Shown: one piece after another, positions 59,266 through 64,000 of the stretch | Numbering within the stretch: position 1 is the stretch's first letter | Layout of the letters: every line of letters starts with the position of its first letter | Made by a program: the position numbers and the translations under genes | Assembly (NCBI RefSeq): GCF_009914755.1 | Contig: NC_060945.1 | DNA length: 64,000 nt | Direction: 5' to 3' (one strand) | From: the human T2T-CHM13v2.0 reference genome, Homo sapiens | The notes under the pieces: generated by a model | The model's database searches: none | The model's input: the letters and a program-made list of their open reading frames with translations, nothing else | What the model was told of the DNA's origin: nothing

Positions 59266-61077
59266 GCAGGCAAGTGTCTGTGGTCAGGAGCCATGGAGAC
59301 TCGTGCCACGGACTGCGAAGCCACCCAGCCATCTGGCCCAAGCTCCTGTGACCGGAAGAGCTTGTTTTGCCCTGTTCCCCCAGAGCCAGCAGCGCAGACC
59401 ACAGGGGGCTTGCATTATGTTAGCAAATGAAGAAATGCTTTAACAGGAATAGGCAAATTGTCATCTATTTTAAAGATTTACTTCTAACATAGAAACACAA
59501 TGAAAATCCAGCTATATTATCCACAGAACAACTACAGGGCTTACAAAAAAAACCCTCTTTCATCATGCATGTCAGCGTGACCTGGCGTGTGAGCCCAGTG
59601 CAAGCAATGGACTATGTTTCTAGAGACCTTATGCGCAGCTGCACTCCAGGAGAGCACCTAAAGTCTAGGTCTGAGGTCTGGGGGAAGTAAGGCCCAGGCA
59701 ATCCCTCTCCTGACCCTCTCTACGTTGGATCTGATGTTTCTTCCACAAACTGGGAAGTTCAGGTTCCCCAGAATCTGGCTTTGGATAAGGGGAAGCAGGA
59801 ACAACTCTACTTTTATATAAAGCTGGACATTTGTCCAAAATTGCTTCCTTGTTGCTGTGCCACTTGGGGACATGAACCAAGTCAGATGAGGCTTCATTTT
59901 GGCATCAACACCCCACATCCATCTCATTCAGCCAAGGTCTGTCTGTCCTCCGGTTCCCAGTTCAGTCCCTGGGAAGAAACTGAATTGTCCTCTCTTCCAA
60001 GTGTGGCCCATGCACTCATCCAGGCCACAGGATCCCCTTGAAGGCTCCCCTGCTGCCCCACACCCACCCCATCTGGAAATTACCAAGTCCTTATGGACTT
60101 TGCTCTTTATTCATTCACAAAGAATGTAAGATTCCATTTTTTTAAGAACTGAATAGAAATCCCCGGCATCACCATATCAGGGCGTCTGTTCCACGCCAAC
60201 TCAGTAATTGCCCCGTTTCTAGTGCTTTTTTTTTTTCTCCACCAAAACCAACTTAAGCTGATTACTGCCATCTCAAACAACCTCACTGGGCTCCAGATAT
60301 ATCCATTTAATATGGCCAAGACAAGCAGCCAACTGCCGTTTTCAAAAGACGATCTGACAGATTCTATTCACTTTCAAAGTAGCTCTCCACGGCTGGAATA
60401 ATTATCTTTCATTTCCCCCATTCTGACACCTTTCAATGATTTGTTGACATCTGAAGAGTTATGGGCAATCTTAGAAGAGGCAGCTGGACTTTCCGCCCCC
60501 AAAGATACAAGCACAAAAAGGATTCCCATACAGCATCTGAAATAACTCTGTTCTTTGCAAATGGATATCCAAATCTGCATGTTAATAGGGACACTTTTAT
60601 CTTTAAATATAACCTCAAAAAAAGAAGGGGGGACAGTATTCATTTAACTTGTTCACCGCCAACTCAAGAAAATGCACCTTTCCCTCAAAACCAGCGTTCC
60701 CTCCCTTGACCCATAAAACCAGAAAAAATGCAGATATGCTGAGTTTTCAAACATCTCATGTTTGCTGCAGTCCTCGTTCGAGGGAGAACAGCAGGAGAAA
60801 TCCGAGCAAATGGCAAGAGGCCTCCACTGTTTCATCTGCTGCCAATGAGGTTTTAAGTGAGCATCACTGGAATAATGTCTATTAATAATTTGCACTTCTA
60901 TAGCCCTTTCTTGAGGGTGTCTCTAAGTGCCCTCCCACGAACACAGGCCTCGCTTGCAGGGAAAGAGCTCGACACAGGAATGAACCTCCTGCCTTTGGGC
61001 ACAGTGCCTCCCAGCTCCTGTCTCAGCACAGAGGCACTTTGTCTTTAAAACTCCAGCAAAATGGGGCCTGGGAGAGG

Positions 61078-61080
61078 TTT

Positions 61081-61112
<32 letters not shown>

Positions 61113-61146
61113 ATATATGTTTTATATATATATATATATGTATACA
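61078..61146. repeat. T-rich tract followed by (TA)n
   Basis: Direct reading. Confidence 0.9.
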
Positions 61147-63424
61147 TTACGCAATTACAAATATAGGTCCCATGACACGCAGGATAAATATGGAATGCAA
61201 TATCTTCAGATTATTTTCTTTCTCTATTTTTTCTGTCTCCTGCCTCCCCAACACACAAAATTTGAGGACTTTCGTTAACTATTTTAGTAGTCTATCAAAC
61301 CAAGTGCCTGGTAGATTTCAGTATGGGGGAGTAGTGACAGTGGCCGCAAGAAAGGATCAGATGCAGCCACGATCGTTGTCAGAGATAAATAAACACGAAA
61401 TAGTGAAGGAAAATGGGACAAGCACGCAGCAGTTTGCAGCCTGGACCAATCACAGTGATGCCTCTTGTGGTGGCCTGGAGCCCTCTGCACAGTCCGGAGA
61501 AAAGACTGCCGTGGGGATCGGTTTCTGTTCCGAGAGTACATAGCAGAGTGAGGCTGCTGGGGTTGAAGCCGCTTGTTTGAGTTTTCCAGCTCTAATCAGA
61601 TCGTCCTCCAAAGAGGGAAGTCTCTAAGGAACCAGGAACACAGACCACATCTGCTGGTCACTTCTTTTCCCCCTCGTAGCTTCCAGCCACAGTCCCTCAA
61701 TCAACAGCGCCCCTTACTGGCCAGAGGGTTGCAAACCCAGAGGGTACTGGGGTGTCTCAGATAACCGCTGGCAACCTGGAAATGGACATATCTGTATCAT
61801 CCATCTCCAGTTATAGAATTTTGAACACACTATCGAGAGCAGCTGTTGCAATCCCAGCTCAAGTCTCACGGCCATCCCTCTGTCTTGAACTTGGTCTTGG
61901 CGAAGTCAGGTCTCTCTGTGGGAGTTTTATCATCAGGGGAGCTGCTTCTCCCAAGAAACCAATAACCACCAATACTGTGTGTGATCTTAGCAGATCCAAA
62001 GCTTCGAGAAGCCTTCATCAAGATCAGACATTGCGACAGGAGAATCCTGTTCCCTGCAAACAGGATGGATTTGGATTCTAAGTGGTTGAAGTCACAGAGC
62101 GGTCATTAAAATAACAAAGAGGCACTGGCCTTTTTCAAGCACCTTTCTGGACTTCTCCAAAGAAACCCTGCTGATGAGAGGGCACAGGGTTCATTAGCAA
62201 TCATCTTGGGTCAGCTGATGACAGGAGTGAAGCCAAGGCTGGCACGGGCGACGACAGAGCAGGCGAGCAGAGTTGACCTGGGTTATTTTAGGTGAGGAGG
62301 TGGGCGCAGAGGGAGACAGAGAGGTGGAGGGAGTTTATTTTGGTTGAGGCACTTTATTTTGCTTTCTTGCTTGTGAGGATTCATTTCCCCTGGGTAATTT
62401 AAAGTTTGTAAGAACCTTGGAATTCCTTGGAGAGAAAGCACCATTGCAAATAAAGAGGCCACAGCACTAGTGATGGTGGAGAAAGTGGCCAATGCCGTAT
62501 CTTTAGATGCTTGGGTTTTGGGTTGGGTAGAGTTTTTCGGCACGTTTGGGAAGTGGCTTCTTATATGCCCAGCTCTAGTTTGGGGGCTTCCCATGTGTTT
62601 TTGTGTCTAACATGTATTGTTCTCAGCACTGTGCTGATTTTCCATGTGTTCATTCATTTAATTCTCACAACAACCAAAATGCGTTAATTCATTCATTCTG
62701 AATCAACTTGTTTAATCAAGAGAATTTGACAATGCCCACCCCCTCTCCCTTGGAAAATAAGGGTTAGCCTAGCAGACTGCTCAGGGTCAGGCTTCTTAAT
62801 CCCTTTCAATGCCATTGTCAATATATTGAACCCTATTCAGGAATCAGCAATGACTTTCCGTGCCTGCTCCATCAAGTCTCATTTCCTCTGCCTTGCTCAA
62901 AAAACCTTTTATAACCCTCTTTATAATGCTCCCACTTCCTCTTCTTCCAGCTGCACCTCTACTTCTCCAAACAAATGTAGAATCCCCATGGCAGTGAGTC
63001 GAGTGTCCTGGGTGAGGTGGGAGCTATTGTTCATAATCCGTGTTGCTATTGCCCAGTAAGACACATTGCACCCCACAGAATATACCCATTGCCTTTTCTT
63101 CAACTTTGGGGGACATACCGAGTCTTCACTATACACAGAGTCTGCAGGTAGATAGAGATCTCTCAGTGGCTTTTCTAGGCAACTTGTTCCCGCTACCCCA
63201 GTAGGTATGGACATAACCTCAGCTCTCGACTCTCGGGGAGCACCATCTGGTCATCCATGTGAAAAGAAGAGACAACTCTACCCTGTTATAAAAACATGCC
63301 TGACACTTGGAAATAAAGTAAGGGAGGACTGCCCTTCAGTGCCAGCCTGGAGCACTCAGGGTCATCACATTCCCCAGGGGATATGCCTTTGCTTGACCCA
63401 TTCATTATTGGGCCCAGATTCTGA

Positions 63425-63802
<378 letters not shown>

Positions 63803-64000
63803 TCCCTTTTGATTTCTAAATAATTTTAAAATTTTAGAAATGTTGCAAGAATAATGCAAAGACCTGTTTTTCCTAATTCACTTGAGTAATAAGTTGCTGA
63901 CATGATGCCCATCACCCTAAAATACTTTAATGTGTATCTCCTATGATTGTGAAAGTCACCCACTTTCATGATCTAAATACAACCACCAAAATGAAGAAAT

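Overview
Human (primate) genomic DNA. The only well-supported protein-coding gene is the single-exon-CDS bHLH transcription factor OLIG1 (4457-5272, +, 271 aa), which places the window at chr21q22.11 from prior knowledge. The gene lies in a CpG island, with a paired inverted-CCAAT/GC-box/TATA-like promoter and a 3'UTR of about 1.3 kb ending at AATAAA signals. The remaining ~57 kb downstream is non-coding. It holds about 30 Alu elements (many with readable target-site duplications, one nested AluY-in-AluJ, one trimer), old L1/L2/MIR fragments, MLT2A and MLT1C LTRs, MER DNA-transposon remnants and microsatellites. It also has two orphan CpG-rich patches and several repeat-free blocks dense in SOX/POU/homeodomain motifs that are candidate neural enhancers. 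The most unusual structure is at 56.0-59.4 kb, in sequence I do not recognise as a repeat family. A ~200-bp segment there is an inverted ~93%-identical copy of DNA 1.2 kb downstream, is bracketed by 18-bp direct repeats and imperfect terminal inverted repeats, and abuts a perfect 42-bp copy of DNA 1.6 kb upstream, suggesting a composite templated insertion. A second oddity is a 75-bp all-AT palindrome (perfect 36-bp arms) plus two small hairpins at the 3' end of one Alu. I found no evidence for a new protein-coding system. Repeat subfamily names are from memory of consensus sequences, and old-repeat boundaries are approximate.
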